From Camelus ferus (taxonomy: Eukaryota), in NCBI RefSeq assembly GCF_009834535.1, contig NC_045707.1, forward strand, positions 47,928,001-47,992,000: a stretch of DNA of 64,000 nt, in the 5' to 3' direction. The notes beneath the pieces were generated by a model, which did not search any database, was not told the origin of the DNA, and saw only the letters and a program-made list of their open reading frames with translations. Of the stretch, positions 25,525 to 39,205 are shown piece after piece; the stretch's first letter is position 1, and every line of letters starts with the position of its first letter. A program made the translations under genes and the position numbers.

Positions 25525-25685
25525 CTCATAGAATGGCAGAATTTAGAGTTAGAAGGAATATCCATGGATCATTTGATCCAGTCCAAACCCCTTGGATAGA
25601 ATGACCTCATTTTACAGATGACACAGTAGAGGTCTGGAGAGACTAAAGGCCATATCTGAGGTTATCTGGTTGTCTTTTAAGACTA
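25525..25685 (-). mobile_element. MIR fragment
   Basis: agaatttagagttagaagga...ctcattttacagatga. Confidence 0.65.
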
Positions 25686-26774
25686 GAAGATAGGGGATCC
25701 TAGGGCCCTTATCATCTGCCTCCTACTTTATGCTGTTTTATGAATATTTAAAGGAATGTGTGATGCCAACAAGTAATGGCTCAATTACGAATGATGTTTG
25801 CAAGGGAGAGCAAAAGAATGGAATATTTACCAGTGCAACATAGGAAGTCCTGTGATACCACCTTTCTGATTCCTAGTCTAATTTGACTCCTTTAAGAATC
25901 TGGCCCAAACAATTAAAGAAGTGTCCTGTCACATAGTCAGTATTTATGGATTAATGGTTTAGATGCCTGACTTTATGGCATAGCATATTGTTTCTTATTC
26001 CATTTTTGTCAACTTTATTCCCTACCTATTCCTCTGTTAAAGCCTCCCCCCCCTCCCGTTTGCCTCATGACTTGCCACCTTTGCTTGGTTTTTTGATATT
26101 GCTTGGGCCTTTCCTCAAAAGCTGAGTGATTCCTCAAAAGGTCAGATAGGTAACATTGTCTCTGGGTCAACCAGGCTTTACCTCCTATGTGCCACTGGTA
26201 GACGGCCCCCATTCAGTGAATACTAGACACTGGTGAGTGTTGAAGAACTTTTCTGGTGATAGTTGTAATTACAGACTCCAGAGCCATATACAAATTGCAT
26301 TCATCATCACTGTAATAAAGATAGACAGGCTTTAAGAAGAATGAGAGAGAGAAGAAAACAGATAGTGAGGATTAGTTTGTGGAGTTCCCAGTTAGTGTGT
26401 GTCTTTGCAGCAACCCAGTAGTATCTGGGGTTCTAGATACAGAGTTGAAATACAGATTCTGCACTTGAACTATGCATTTTGAATTACTGCAGACAGAGAC
26501 CAAGAATGTTCTGCAGTTGGTATAATAATACCCATTCTCACACAGACAAGTGTGGGAGAGGGAACCATATGGAACCTGAGAGGGAATGGCTGTATTTCAG
26601 AGAACCAGTGAATGCAAGGAAAAGATACAAGTAGGATCAGGATATAGACATGTTTCTTAACCTCAGTAGCTGGCGTCCCCCAGTTGCTTTGTAAAAAGCA
26701 AGAGTTTGTTTTAGATGATTGTTACTGTCTAATATTATTGTGAATTTATATTGTTCAGCATTATTGTAAATTTG

Positions 26775-27775
26775 TGTATATTTAGTATCTATTGCTGTGT
26801 AACAAATTGCCCTAAGATTTGGTTGCTTAAAACAACAAACATTTATGATCTCACAGTTTCTGAGAGAGATCCCGGAGTGACTTAGCTGGGTGATTCTGGC
26901 TCAGGGCCTCTTATCAGATTACGGTCAAAGTATCAGTCAGGGATGCATCATCAGAAGACCTGGATAGGCCTGGAAGATCTGCTTCCACGAAGGCTCACTC
27001 ACTTGAGTCTCTGGTTCCTCACTAGCGTTGTCCAGAGTCTCAGTTGTTTGCCATTTGGGCATCTCCATAGAGCTGCCTTGGTGGCCTCAAGATATGGTAG
27101 CTGGCTTCACCCAGAGTGAGTGGTCCAAGAGACAGAAAGAGAGAGAGGCAGAAAACTCAGCATGGAAGCTGCAGTCTTTTGGGGGGAACATTTTTTTATT
27201 GTGGTGAAAAATACATAACATAGGTTTATCATTTTAACTATTTAAGTGTATTAATCAGTGACATTAAGTACATTCAGTTGTTGTGCAACCGTCACCACTA
27301 TCCATTTCCAGACCTTTTCATCACCCTAAACAGAAGCTCTATACCCATTAAATAGTAACTTTTCATCCCCTTACTTCCAGCCTCTGGCAATCTCTATCGT
27401 ACTTTCTGTCCCCATGAATTTGCCTATCTGAGGTATCTCATACAAATGGAATCATGTAGTATTTGTCCCTTTGTTTCTGGCCTATTTCACTTAGTACGGT
27501 GTTTTCAAGATTCATCATGTTGTAGCATGCATCAGAATTTTCTTGCTTTTTATGGGTGAAGAATATTCCATTGCATGCATATATGCATATTTCTTATATC
27601 AAGAACATTTGAGTTGTTCCCACCTTTACTGCATTTTTTATGATTTAATATGGAAGTGACACACCATCACTTATGCAGTAATCTAGTCACCAGAAGCAAG
27701 TCACCAAACTGAGCCCACACTCAAGTGAAGGGAAAAGAGAGGAACATCAAAGAATTTGTGGACATATTTCTAAAA
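26775..27775 (-). mobile_element. MLT1 solo LTR split by an L1 insertion
   Basis: tatctattgctgtgtaacaaattgccc...cttaaaacaacaaacattta, resuming ~27630 with ggaagtgacacaccatcactt...caaagaatttgtggacat. Confidence 0.8.
27190..27627 (-). mobile_element. L1MB-like 3' end
   Basis: ttttattgtggtgaaaaatacataacat...gttgtgcaaccgtcaccact...tggaatcatgtagtatttgtcc. Confidence 0.9.
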
Positions 27776-28974
27776 GAATAAAAAATACATAAGTTAATTT
27801 TACTAATTGAACATGGTTCTTTGGTCCTTGTTCTTCATTCTCTTGATACTTACATAAAATTCTAAATTTAAGAATCTTTCCAAGGGCTGCACCCAGATTA
27901 CCCCCAACCAGAGCATAGTGCTGAAAATGGGCAAACCAGAAAAATGGCATGCCTTATACATTTTGCCCTAACCAGGTTCACTTTGGGATATGAGATACCA
28001 AATAAATGCAGACCTAATTTCTGTGCTGCTATAATGAAAGTAGGCCTACCTTGTGTTTCATTTTACTGCATGTGAGTGGGAACCACATGAGTGGCAGTAG
28101 TGGCTGCAGCATATGTGTTTAGAGCACATTCAGAGTTATTCCTGTTGGAGTCTGTCTTTGTATATGGTTGAAAGAAGGCTTAGTCTGTAATGACAAAAAT
28201 AACAACAAAAAGGAATGATCCCCCCATCCCCTACTGTTATCCTTTTATTAATTCTGTAAGTGTTCTTATTTCCTTCTTTTAAGACTGGTAACACAAAGCT
28301 GAGTTCTTTTGCCTTTTTAATTTATTACACTACTTCAGCTGTCTATTTTGTGATGAATGTAAGGAATTTGGAAGTAGTTTGCAAAGATAAAGGCAGGGAG
28401 GATAAAAAAGCAATTACCTCACGCCGATTACACCAGGAAGTAGTGGAGGTGCCATTCCTGCAGCATTTCTGTCCATTTTTCTTCATTACCACAAGGGTGG
28501 CCGCTCTCCTCATTAGCCAACACACTTCTCTTCATTACCAGCTGTGGTGATGGGAGTGATGATGAGTGCTATTTACAGCTGGAATTCTGTGAAAGGCCCA
28601 GCAGATGAATAATAATTATTCAGACAGAAATGTGGAGGCCAAAAAAGACAAGTGGTTAAAGTGAGGCTATTGTGTCCTGGAAAGGCAGGGAGGTAATTTA
28701 TTTTGAAGCTGGGAGCAGGGGTGGGGGTGGTACTTCCTCAGTCAGGGACTGAGCTGCTGTGCTGGGCTAGAACAGCTTATCTGAGGTACTTGGTATGTTC
28801 TTGAAGGAACTGACTGGACAACAATGAGTTGTTTAAACCATAAACTAGTGTCTATTCCCATTGAACCCCTGGCTTCATCTGCCAGGGAGGAATCAGAGCT
28901 TTCCTTGAGTCTATGCTCAAAAAATAACTCACCCCAAACCATGACATCCATCCATCCACCCCTATATCCAGCTT

Positions 28975-29110
28975 TCTATCTATCTATCTGGGGCAGTCTT
29001 ATTACAGCAATACTTTAAAGTATATATATTAACTATCATCTATCTGTGTATCTACATATGTATTTATATGTGCATGTATATATGTATGTATCCACCTACC
29101 TACCTACGTA
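28975..29110. repeat. Mixed TATC/TATG/TACC simple repeat
   Basis: Direct observation; continues at 29506-29535 beyond the MLT2. Confidence 0.75.
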
Positions 29111-29505
29111 TCTTAGTGAGAATTCACCAGAGAAACAGAACCAGCAGGATTTGTGTAGAGAAAGAGAAAAAGAGATTTATTTCAATGAATTGGCTCATCT
29201 GATTATGAAGGCTTAGAGAGTCCAAAATCTAATGGGGTAAGCCAGCAGGCTAGAGGCTCAGGGAAGAGTTGCAGTTCTAGTTCAAAAGCAGTCTTCTGGC
29301 TTCTTGTTCAGGGGACATCCATCTTTCTTCTATTAAGGCCTTCAACTGATTGGGTGACGACTACCTAAGTTATGGGGGGTAAGCTGCTTTACTCAAAGTC
29401 CACTGATTTAAATGCTCATCTTACTGAAAAAAAAAAAACACCAGAATAATGTTTGACCAAATATTTGGGCACCATGGCCCAGCCAAGACACGTGAAAGTA
29501 ACCAT
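29108..29505 (-). mobile_element. MLT2 (ERVL) solo LTR
   Basis: ccagagaaacagaacca...gaattggctcat...aggccttcaactgattgg...ccagaataatgtttgaccaaatat. Confidence 0.9.
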
Positions 29506-31084
29506 TTATGTATCTATCTATATGTCTATCTATCTGTAAATCTAGACCAACAAGGTACAAAGAATTTGTGACCCACAAATAAAGGTGCTACTTTAAGTTT
29601 TTACCTAATGACAAGACTTGAATTGGACTATTAAGATTCTTTTGAGGGTGAGGCCAGTAGTTGAAGAGTCCGGCAGCTCTAGGCAGGAATGGAGCCCTGT
29701 TTTCCCTCCAGCCTCCTTCCAGACACCTGAATTGAGGGGAGTAATTGCTCCAAGGGCAGGAGAGGATCTGTGAGTTTGGAAGAGAGGCAGAGTATAAAGA
29801 TAATTGGGAACTGTGATGAATTGTTTATTGAAGAGCATCTTGCAATTTAATTGTCTAATTGCTCCTCTTTGCTTTGACTTTCTCCCTAGCAGTGACCCTC
29901 ACAGTTATCCCATGAACCTTGCCCAACTCAAAAAGGTGTTGTTGAAACAGGCTGCAGAAGTTCCAACCTAGGCAAGTAGAAACAAGTTGGCCTCTCAGCT
30001 GTGGGCTCACGGGCAGGATTGTAGTTAACCCCTACTGGCCTGGAACATTTGGGAAAGAGGCCCTGGGAAAAGATTTCCACTAGCAGGGCATTGCCATTTG
30101 CCAGACTCTGATGGTGTACAGCCTGTTAAGAATGATAGAGGCGGTGTTCCAGCACAGCATGCTTTCACTATGAGACAGAGGGATGAAAGGAGTACAATAT
30201 GAAAACAGCAGGTGAGAATGGATGTATCACACAGGGAAAAGATGTTAAAGGAATACTGAGGTATATTAATTCTCTCCAGGTCCCCTCAAATTCAGTAGCT
30301 TCAGTGAAAGCAAAGATAGGTTCTTGAATTAGGCCCAGGCCCCTCACAAGTGCCATAGTACCATCTGCTTAGTAGCAAAAAGCATGGGAGGTGGGAAGGA
30401 CAGACCTGCATGCCAACCAGTGATATTTTTTTCAATAACCTTGATTTCCTCAGGGGCCCTCACAAGCTGTCGTGTGTGGACAAGATCAGGGGTTTTAATG
30501 TCTACTAAGTGATGAGTCTTCACAGTTAGGCTACTCCTGTGGGCAAGATGGCGTTTGCCCAGTGGCTTTTGGGATAATTTGCGCTTTTCTAAGGGCCTCG
30601 AATAAGCAACAGAAGCAGCAACTGCTTGGCACCTGGAAAGTCCTTCCTAATGATTTGGGCCTGGAGAGATTTCTCAGATTACTGTCTAGGGGCAAGTTGT
30701 CAGACTGTCCATGACAGATTGTTCACCATCAAGAAAGGGCATGATCTTGTATCTTCCCACCTATCTTGTAACTTTAATGAAGCAAGGACCAATGAAAGGT
30801 AAATACCCTGTAGAGATGTGAGCTATATCCCTGAGAGTTACAGCTCAGGGGTTTCCTGAAATAACTAGCCTCAGTCTTTTGGAATAGGCATTTGATTCAT
30901 TTTGCTTAGTGTTTGAGCAACTTGGAATTTCCCTAAACCAATCTCCTGAGTCTTCGAGCAGGGAGCATGTTATGACAGTCTCCTCTATCTAGACCCAACC
31001 AGCTTGAGTCCATCATGACTTTGCCCTAACTTGGCATCAGACATCCATTTGAAAAATGTGGGCATGCTAATTTTACCAGGCCTC

Positions 31085-32060
31085 TCCCCACTGTCCCTGG
31101 GTAACTTCTTCCAGTCTCATGGATTCAGCTACCACCTATAGTTGATGACCTCCCATCCATATCCCTCTTCTGGACCCCAAACTCTCTTCTGAGCTTCAGT
31201 CTGGACCTCTCAACCTGAATGGAGGATAGACACCTCAACCAGCAAGCCCAAAGCTCACCCCAAACTTGCTCTTCTCTTTTCTTCCCTAGCTCTGTTAGAG
31301 GCACCACACTTCACCAGTCATTGGAATTAGTTACCCCTTACTTACCCATCTCCACTCACCCTCACACACATTTAATTTATCACCAAGTTGTGCTGATTTT
31401 GTATTTTGAAGAGTTTTTTTTTTTAATGTATCTTTCTAGTCCTACTACTGTTACTGCAATCCAAGCTCTCTTAGAGTCATCCTCATTTGCTTATAACTAG
31501 TCCCTCTGCCTTCTGCCTTAACTCATTTTAGACTACATACAAGCTTGAATAATATATGTAAAATGCTTAAAATCTTTAAAAACTCCCCATCATTTACATA
31601 ACTAAACACTGGATGAACTACTTATCCAGGCCCTCTTTGACTTCCTCTCTGGTGTTATCTCCCAGTCACTCCCCCTTTCCCCTTCTCTTCTTGTAATGCC
31701 CTTTTCATTCCCCACATGTGTTGTGCTACTTCCAGCTCTGTGCCTCTGCATGAGTTATTTCTTCAATCTGGAACATTCATCCCACCCTTCCTCACAGGCT
31801 AATTATGTCTGACTCATCTTTAATACTCAGCTAAAGCATTATCTCTTCCAAGAAGCCTCTTGTGAACTCCCAGAATGGAACAGGGACTGTCCTCTCTAAT
31901 ATTCCCTGTAAGACTCAGTGCGTATGTCTGTTATTATGTCCCATGTCCATTTCTCTCATTGGATTTTTAAGGCCTTTTTTAAAAAAAATCTGTAATTACT
32001 TTCAAAGTTCCTAGAATAGAACCATAGTGAGCACTGAAAATTTTGTTTTGCACTGAATTC
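31085..32060 (+). mobile_element. L2 LINE 3' portion
   Basis: ccagtctcatggattcagctaccacctatagttgatgac (degenerate YADD region) through a 3' tail at ~32010-32058. Confidence 0.75.
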
Positions 32061-32929
32061 CTGTATCTTTGTATTTTTAGACCCTTATCCATGGATTAAG
32101 TTAGATTAATTCTACCAACAAATTTCTTTGATTCACTATGACCTCATAATATCAGAGTTATTGAGCGTGGAACATCCCTGTCTAAAAATCTCTGAGGGTT
32201 TTGAATATCTCCACTCTTCAAAGCCACATATCTTCTCTATAAACCACAAAATCTGCTTCTCCAATACCAATGACCTCCTTGAGGATGACTTTTGGATTGG
32301 GTATCTCTCTGAGATGTATATTTCCATACAACTCACATTGTGGACTTACTCTCCCCAGCTACAGTTCTGGGACTTCACAAATAATCACCAAAACATTAAA
32401 CAAGCCAAAGCAACCTAGCAAAATAACATCTTAGATGAAGTTCGAGACGCAACACAGGCTTTGCTGGAACACAAGGATATCACTAGAGAATATGTAAAAC
32501 TTAGGAAAGGGTCGTCCTCTGCCAGGTTGCCTAGTTGGAAATGAGTGTCTGGCATTTCATTATATCAGTTAAATCTTTTTGTCTACTGCTGGATGCATCA
32601 CACTATAGAAGATGTATTTAGAGTTAAGGTATCAATTCCCATCTACACAAAACTTAGAATATAGTAGTCAAAGCAGGGAATTTAAAGATGCAAATATTCT
32701 TATATGCATGATCTAAATACATATAGATCATGTTGTGTTTTGCTTTAAAATTCTTCCTATCTCCTTTGATTCCTTGATTCCATTCAGGATCAAATTCCTT
32801 ATGACACAATATCCCTGAGAGGCATTATGATACAGAAGATTAAAGTATGTATCCCAGCACCAGACTGGGTTGATAGCCCAGCTCAGACACTTGCTAAATA
32901 TATAAACTATGCATGTTTCAGAATAAATA

Positions 32930-33153
32930 CAAGAGTAAATCCTAGCATAAACTGTGGACTTGGGGTGATAATCATTTGTCAGTATAGGTTCATCAATTAC
33001 AACAAATGTACCACTCTGGTGGAGAATGTTGAAAATGGGGGAGGCTGTACATGTATGGGGACAGGGAGTATATGGAAACCCTCTCTACTTCCTGTTCAAT
33101 TTTTCTGTAAACCTAAAACTGCTCTAAAAAATAAAATCTGTTAATTAAAAAAA
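32930..33153 (+). mobile_element. L1MC/MB-like 3' terminus
   Basis: aactgtggacttggggtgataat...aacaaatgtaccactctggtg...ctgtaaacctaaaactgctctaaaaaataaa. Confidence 0.9.
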
Positions 33154-33269
33154 TAGATAAAGCTGGTGTTGCAGTCTGATCTCCTTGTGTGATCCTTAGG
33201 CAGTCTCTGGTATCAATTTCAGATGAAAAATCCCATGAGGGTTTTCAACAATGACAGGATCATTTGTGT

Positions 33270-33500
33270 AATATTTATTGATATTTATTGTGCACTTAGT
33301 CTATACTAGACACTTTTCAGAATGCTTCACATGTATGAACTCATCAAATCCGCATGACAACTCTGTGAGTAGGGACTATTATTGTTCACATTTTATAGGG
33401 GAGGACGCAAAACCACAGTGTCTAATCATGTTGTTAGGGGTTGTAAAGTTAATAAGAGATAGCACCACGGGCAAACCTTTGCAATACAACCAAGATTCAA
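33270..33500 (-). mobile_element. MIR SINE
   Basis: atatttattgtgcactt...catgacaactctgtgagtaggga...cattttatagg. Confidence 0.7.
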
Positions 33501-33539
33501 CCTCAGAAACGTTCCCCTTCTCACTCTAGCTAATGTGCA

Positions 33540-33695
33540 TGTTTTATTTTTATTTAACATCTGTAATTATCTTTATTTGTTTAGTTGTTGTTTTATGAAA
33601 GCAGAAGATGTCTTGTTGATCAGTGTATAGCCAGCACCTGGAAGAGCATTGGATTACAGGGGATGTTCAGTAAATATTTTCTGAATGAGTGAATA
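33540..33695 (+). mobile_element. L2 3' tail
   Basis: ccagcacctggaagagc...tcagtaaatattttctgaatgagtgaat. Confidence 0.65.
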
Positions 33696-33887
33696 GAACC
33701 TTTTTACTTACTTGCAATGATCCATTAATCAGCCCCGTCTGGACATAATTATTCAACTAGCTACCAGTTCTGCTTATTTGTCCATGTTATTAACAAGCAT
33801 ATTAATAAAGACTTTACCAAAACTCATTCTTGATACTAACATTCATGTGTACTGTAACTGTGATGTTTTCCTGATATCTATGTGTCA

Positions 33888-34157
<270 letters not shown>

Positions 34158-34534
34158 AAATCAGGTTCACTTGACAGAACATTTTTTAAGTGAACCCACA
34201 CTGGTTCCCTGAGGTCTTCTCTTAGCTCCCTGATCTTACTGGTTCTTAATCTGTTGATTCCTCCTCCCTCAAACATTCTTTTTGAAAATCATGGAGTTCG
34301 TTCATCACCTCTCTCCTTTTACTTCTCTCATGCTTAATTTCTAGAAAGTCATTTACAGGGTCCTGCACACACATTTATTTGATCTTTAGTGTGATGGAGG
34401 TAGCAAAGTATATGATTGATCATCAGTGTATGGGCAGTAAGAATGACCTGAAGAGCCTATTAAATTCAAACTTTGACTCCATAGGTCTGAGAGTCCACAT
34501 TTCTAATACACATCCAGGTAATAACAATGCTGTG

Positions 34535-34750
34535 GGCCATATGTTGACTCTGAAGTCAGGCTGTTTGGTCTCAAATCCCAGCTCTACCATGGGCAAGCTG
34601 TTTAACCTCCCTGGGTCTCAGCTTTTCCACCTGAAAAATGGGGGAAACAACAGCATCTACTTTCTAGGTTTATGTGAGGATGAGTTAGGAGATATATATC
34701 AGACACTTAGCAGTACCCTGAATCTGATAACCAGTATTTTCCATGAGTAC
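34535..34750 (+). mobile_element. MIR SINE
   Basis: tcaaatcccagctctacca...gggcaagctgtttaacctccctgggtctcagcttttccacctgaaaaatgggg. Confidence 0.85.
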
Positions 34751-35771
34751 CACTACCTTGGAATGTGAGATTTATCCAGACTTGAGTTCATATAATTGTT
34801 AACATACTTTATTACCATCTGCTCATCTATCTTGGGCTTTAATTCTCCTTTAAACTCAATTTCTATCTCCCATATTTTCCAGTTTATTGCTTTTTGATGA
34901 TAAAGATGAAAGCACAAAGGAATGGAGAAGTTTAACTTGTTTTTAATCACATATTAACCATGTACCCTCTACCCCAAGTCAGCTTATCCTTTTCATGTTT
35001 TTCTTCTTCTTCCAAATAATGCTGTGAAATATTCTATTTAATGTTCCTGGCATTTTGGTAAACCGTACTTTATTCTGACACTAGTCAATGTCAGAAGTCT
35101 GTGTAACAGTAATAGCAGAATCATTTTGTATTCATTATTGCTAATAGCTAAGTGATTTATTCACATTCTCTTGTGTGGCCTAAATGAACAAGAGCTTCTC
35201 ACACTCAGTCTTCTGCTTCCCAGGTGAGGAGGCCAGATAATAACAGGTAAGCTTTCAATTACTTCTAATGTGGGACAGATAGGACAGGTTATGGAGTTTG
35301 TTATCAGTTCTCCAAGAACTCACCACCCCTGTTTAAAGACAATTTAGAAAATTGAGATATTAATGAATGGGATCATTGTTGGGTGCAAAATGTATCAAGT
35401 TTTACAAAGTTGTTGCCAAATTCCAGTTTATTTGGATAAAAACCAACTTAGAATTGTGATATCACTAACACATCTTATAAGTCATGACTATGCTAAGTAT
35501 TATAAAAGTTGAAGTGATAAATCTGCAATTCTCATGAGGCAGTAATCATTAAATTATGTGATACATTGGAAATCATCCATACCTAGGCTAGTGGCTGAGA
35601 AGGGGCAGAGTCCAGGGCAAACTATGCTATGTGAACTCTGAATAATAAGGACAACTTGTGCATTTGCATTCAATTTAAGAGATGATAAACTCTTCCCACA
35701 TATACTATTTTATTTGCTTTTCCCAGTGGAAGATCAAGTAATTCCACAGAAGCATTTCTTTCTATCACTTA

Positions 35772-36340
35772 TGGAGTGGTAGTCAATAGCTTAGGTGCTT
35801 AAATCAGATTACCTGATTGTGTTAATTTACATCCTTCAGAAAACAGATGCCAAAATGGGTTTAAACATGCAAAGATTTTCTTAAGGGAAATGCCTGTTTG
35901 GAAAAAACAGGAGAGGGAGCTGGGATAGATTAAGCGAGTCATCATCAGTGATGCATGTCTGACCCTAAGTGAAGGAGAAAGGAAGGGAAGGTTGGGTGCA
36001 AGCATCTTAGACTGCTGTGAAGTCTAAGGGATGTGGCAAGGATCATGAGGAGTTTTTAAGACAAAGTGAGCTGTCAGAGAACCCCACATCATCCAGCAAT
36101 GGACCTTCATAGCAAGCCTGCAATAGATTTCAGTGAGCTGCAGCTAGGCACCTTGGTCAGTCCCGTAGTCGGAGCCCATAGGTGCCCCATGGTTCAAATC
36201 GTAGCTCTTAACCATTAATTATCTGTGTTATTTTAACAAATTACTCTGCCTTTCTCAAAGCCTCATCTTACTTATTTGTAAAATAGTAATAGTGTTGGTA
36301 TCTCCTCTGTTGTGTGGATTAAATGAGATAATGAATATAT
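35772..36340 (+). mobile_element. MIR split by an ERVL-type LTR
   Basis: MIR 5' part to ~35816, resuming at ggttcaaatc ~36191 and running to ggattaaatgagataat. Confidence 0.65.
35818..36188 (-). mobile_element. ERVL-class solo LTR (LTR16/LTR33-like)
   Basis: cagatgccaaaatggg...ggaaatgcctgt...tctgaccctaagtgaaggagaaaggaagg. Confidence 0.6.
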
Positions 36341-36559
36341 TATTATTTTTCTCTGAGGCTCTTGAGTGCTATGAGGCAATTGCTTCCATAAAATAGAGGA
36401 TCCAAGCACATCTTACTGATTAACTTGTGATAGGGCTGAAATTCATAGACATCCTGGGCTAACGAGTTTTCGAATTTCATTCATCAGGAAGCATTTGAAA
36501 TACTTTACCTTTTGACTTTCAAGTATAATTCTCTCTTAAAAAATAAATATATATATTAA

Positions 36560-38570
36560 GAATAAAGAGACAATACACTGGGAACAAAATGAGCAGAGTC
36601 TCAGAAACATGTAAGACTAATACCAGAAGATCTAGTATTATGTCCTTGGAGTCATGGAAGGAGAGGAGAAAGAATATGAGGCTGAAAAAGTGCTCAGATA
36701 CAATGGCTGAAAACTTCTAAAATTTGGCCACAGACATAACTTACAGATTCAAGAAGCTGAGCCAACCACAAACAAACACAGAAATCTGCGTTAAGATACA
36801 TCATGGTTGAATTACTAAGTATTAAAGACAAATCGAAAAATCTTGAAAGCAGTAAGTGAGAAACAATACCTTACCTATAGGGGAAAAACAAGTTGAGTAA
36901 GGGTGGATTTCTCGTCAGAAATCATGACTGAAGGAAGTAGTACAGCATTTTTCATGCACTGAAGGAAAAGAACTGCCACTGCAGAATCCTATCTCCAGTA
37001 AAAATATCTTCTAGAAATGAAGGGGAAACCAGGAAATTCTCAGATGAAGAAAAACCAAGAGAATTTATCACCAGCAGAATTTTCCTAAAAGAATGGCTAG
37101 AGAAAATTTTCTAAACGGAAAGGAAATGATAAAGATGACCTTGGAATATTAGGAAGGAAGAAAGAAAATGATTAGCAATAATAAGATAAGAGTTTACTTC
37201 TTTTGCGTTTTCTAAATTATATTTGATGGTTTAAAGCAAAATTTATAACAATGTCTCATGTGGTTCTAAATATATACTGAGGAAATACTCAAGCTAATTA
37301 CATTTTAAACAGGTAATAAAGGGCATACAGATTAGAAAGGAAGAATAAAATTTCCCCTATTTCCAGAGGACATGATTTCCTACAAGGTAAAAAAAAAAAA
37401 AATTCTGGAATTAATAGGTCTGTTTCTCAAGGTTGCGGGATACAAACAGCATACCCAAAAAATCAGTTGTATTTCTATGTGCTAGTAACGAACACGTAAA
37501 CACCCAAATAAAAATACTATGTACAATCAATAAAAAATGATGCACTTTAGTGTAAATCTAACAGAACATTATAAGACGTATGTGCCAAAAACTACAAAAT
37601 GCTTATGAAAGAAATTGAATATCTAATTAAATGGAGAGAGATACCATATTTATGCATGGAGAGATTTGACATAGGAAAGGTGTTAGTTCTCCCCAGATTG
37701 ATACAAAAATTTAACACAATTCCTATCAAAATCCCAGCAAAAGTTTTATAGATATAGTTACGACTATTTCTAATTTTGTTAATATGAAAAGGTATAGGAG
37801 CTAAGATAGATAAGCCAACTTTGAAAAAAAGAAGAAGAAAGTGAAAGGAATCATCTACTTTATTTCAAGATGTACCATAAAACTTCAACAATCAAGAATA
37901 TACGGTACTGGCTGAGAGACATACACATCCATGAAGAAGAGTAGAGAAGGAACTGAGAAATAAACCCATGCAAAAAGGCCCAGCTAATTTTTTAAAAGGT
38001 GCAAAAGCAATTTAATGAAGGAAAAATAGCATTTTCAACAAATAGTGCTAGAGCAATTAGACATTCTTGGCAAAAACTGAACCTCTACCTAAGTCTTACA
38101 TCTTAAACAAAAATTATCTCAAAATGGAGCACAGACTTAAATGTAAAACATAAAATTTTAAAACTTTTAGAAAAACTCTAGGGGAATCTTCAGGATGTAG
38201 AGCTAGGTAAAGAATTCTTAGATTTGACATTAAAAGGCAAAATCCAAAAAAGAAAAAAAAGATTAAATTTAATTAGACTTAATCAAAATCATACCTTTTG
38301 CTCTATTAAAAAAAACCCTGATTTTGAGGATGAAATGTATTTTCAGGCTACACACTGACAGAAAATTTTTGCAAACCACCTATCCAAAGGACTAGTATCC
38401 AGAATATATAAAGAACTTTCAAAACTCAATAGAAAGAATGAGCAAATGACATGAAGAGACATTTCACAGGAAAAGTATACAGAAAGCAGTTAAGTACATG
38501 AAAAGATGTTCAATATGATTAACCATTAAATGAAATTAAAACCTCAGTGAGATTGTAGTACACACTTACC
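36560..38570 (+). mobile_element. Old L1M: ORF1 3' half, inter-ORF and ORF2 RT/C-terminal remnant
   Basis: ORF1-like ggagtcatggaaggagaggagaaag and atggctgaaaactt; from ~37315 ORF2-like ataaagggcatacagatt...ctatttccagaggacatgatt (degenerate IKGIQI...LFADDMI); many stops and frameshifts. Confidence 0.9.
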
Positions 38571-38845
38571 TCCTTATATGTCATATGTAAACTATTAGCT
38601 GAGTATAGGAACCAATGTATGGAAAATTTATAAAATACATAGAATATTATAACAGACAAGTGCATGATCCACCCCTGTACTCTATACATTTGCCAAATGC
38701 TTTTATGCTCATTATCTTATTTTACTCTCATAACCCTTTGCAGCAGTAATTTAGAACACACATAATCTATATTTTCTAGTTAAATGATTAAAGTATTGAG
38801 TTATTGAATGGTTACATGGGTGAATGGATGCATGAATAGATGAAT

Positions 38846-39205
38846 GGTACTATAGATTGAATGTTTGTGTCCCCTAAAATTTCATATGTTGAAACCTTAT
38901 CCCTAGTGTGGTGATATTTGGAGGTAAGCCTTTGGGAGATACCTAGTTCATAAGGGTGGAGCCCTCATGAGTGGGACAGGTGCTCTTATAAGAGACCCCA
39001 GAGAGCTCCCTTGATACTTCCACCATGTGAGGACACATACTGAGAATGACTATCTATGAACTGCAGAACAGGCTTTCTCTCACCAGACATGGAATCTGTC
39101 ATCATCTTAATCTTGGACTTCCCAGCCTCTAGAAGTGTGAGAAATAAATGTTGGTTGTTTAAGCCACCCAGTCCATGGTATTCTATTATATACATTCTAT
39201 TACAG
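38846..39205 (+). mobile_element. MLT1A/B-like solo LTR within an (ATGG)n tract
   Basis: tgaatgtttgtgtcccc...catatgttgaaacc...ggtggagccctcatga...cttggacttcccagcctctagaagtgtgagaaataaatg. Confidence 0.92.

Noticed and set aside
32128..32418. Opposing ORFs in unique-looking sequence
   Set aside because: No recognisable family; possibly an unrecognised ancient LINE
34379..34768. 129-aa ORF
   Set aside because: Mostly translated MIR and MER5-like sequence
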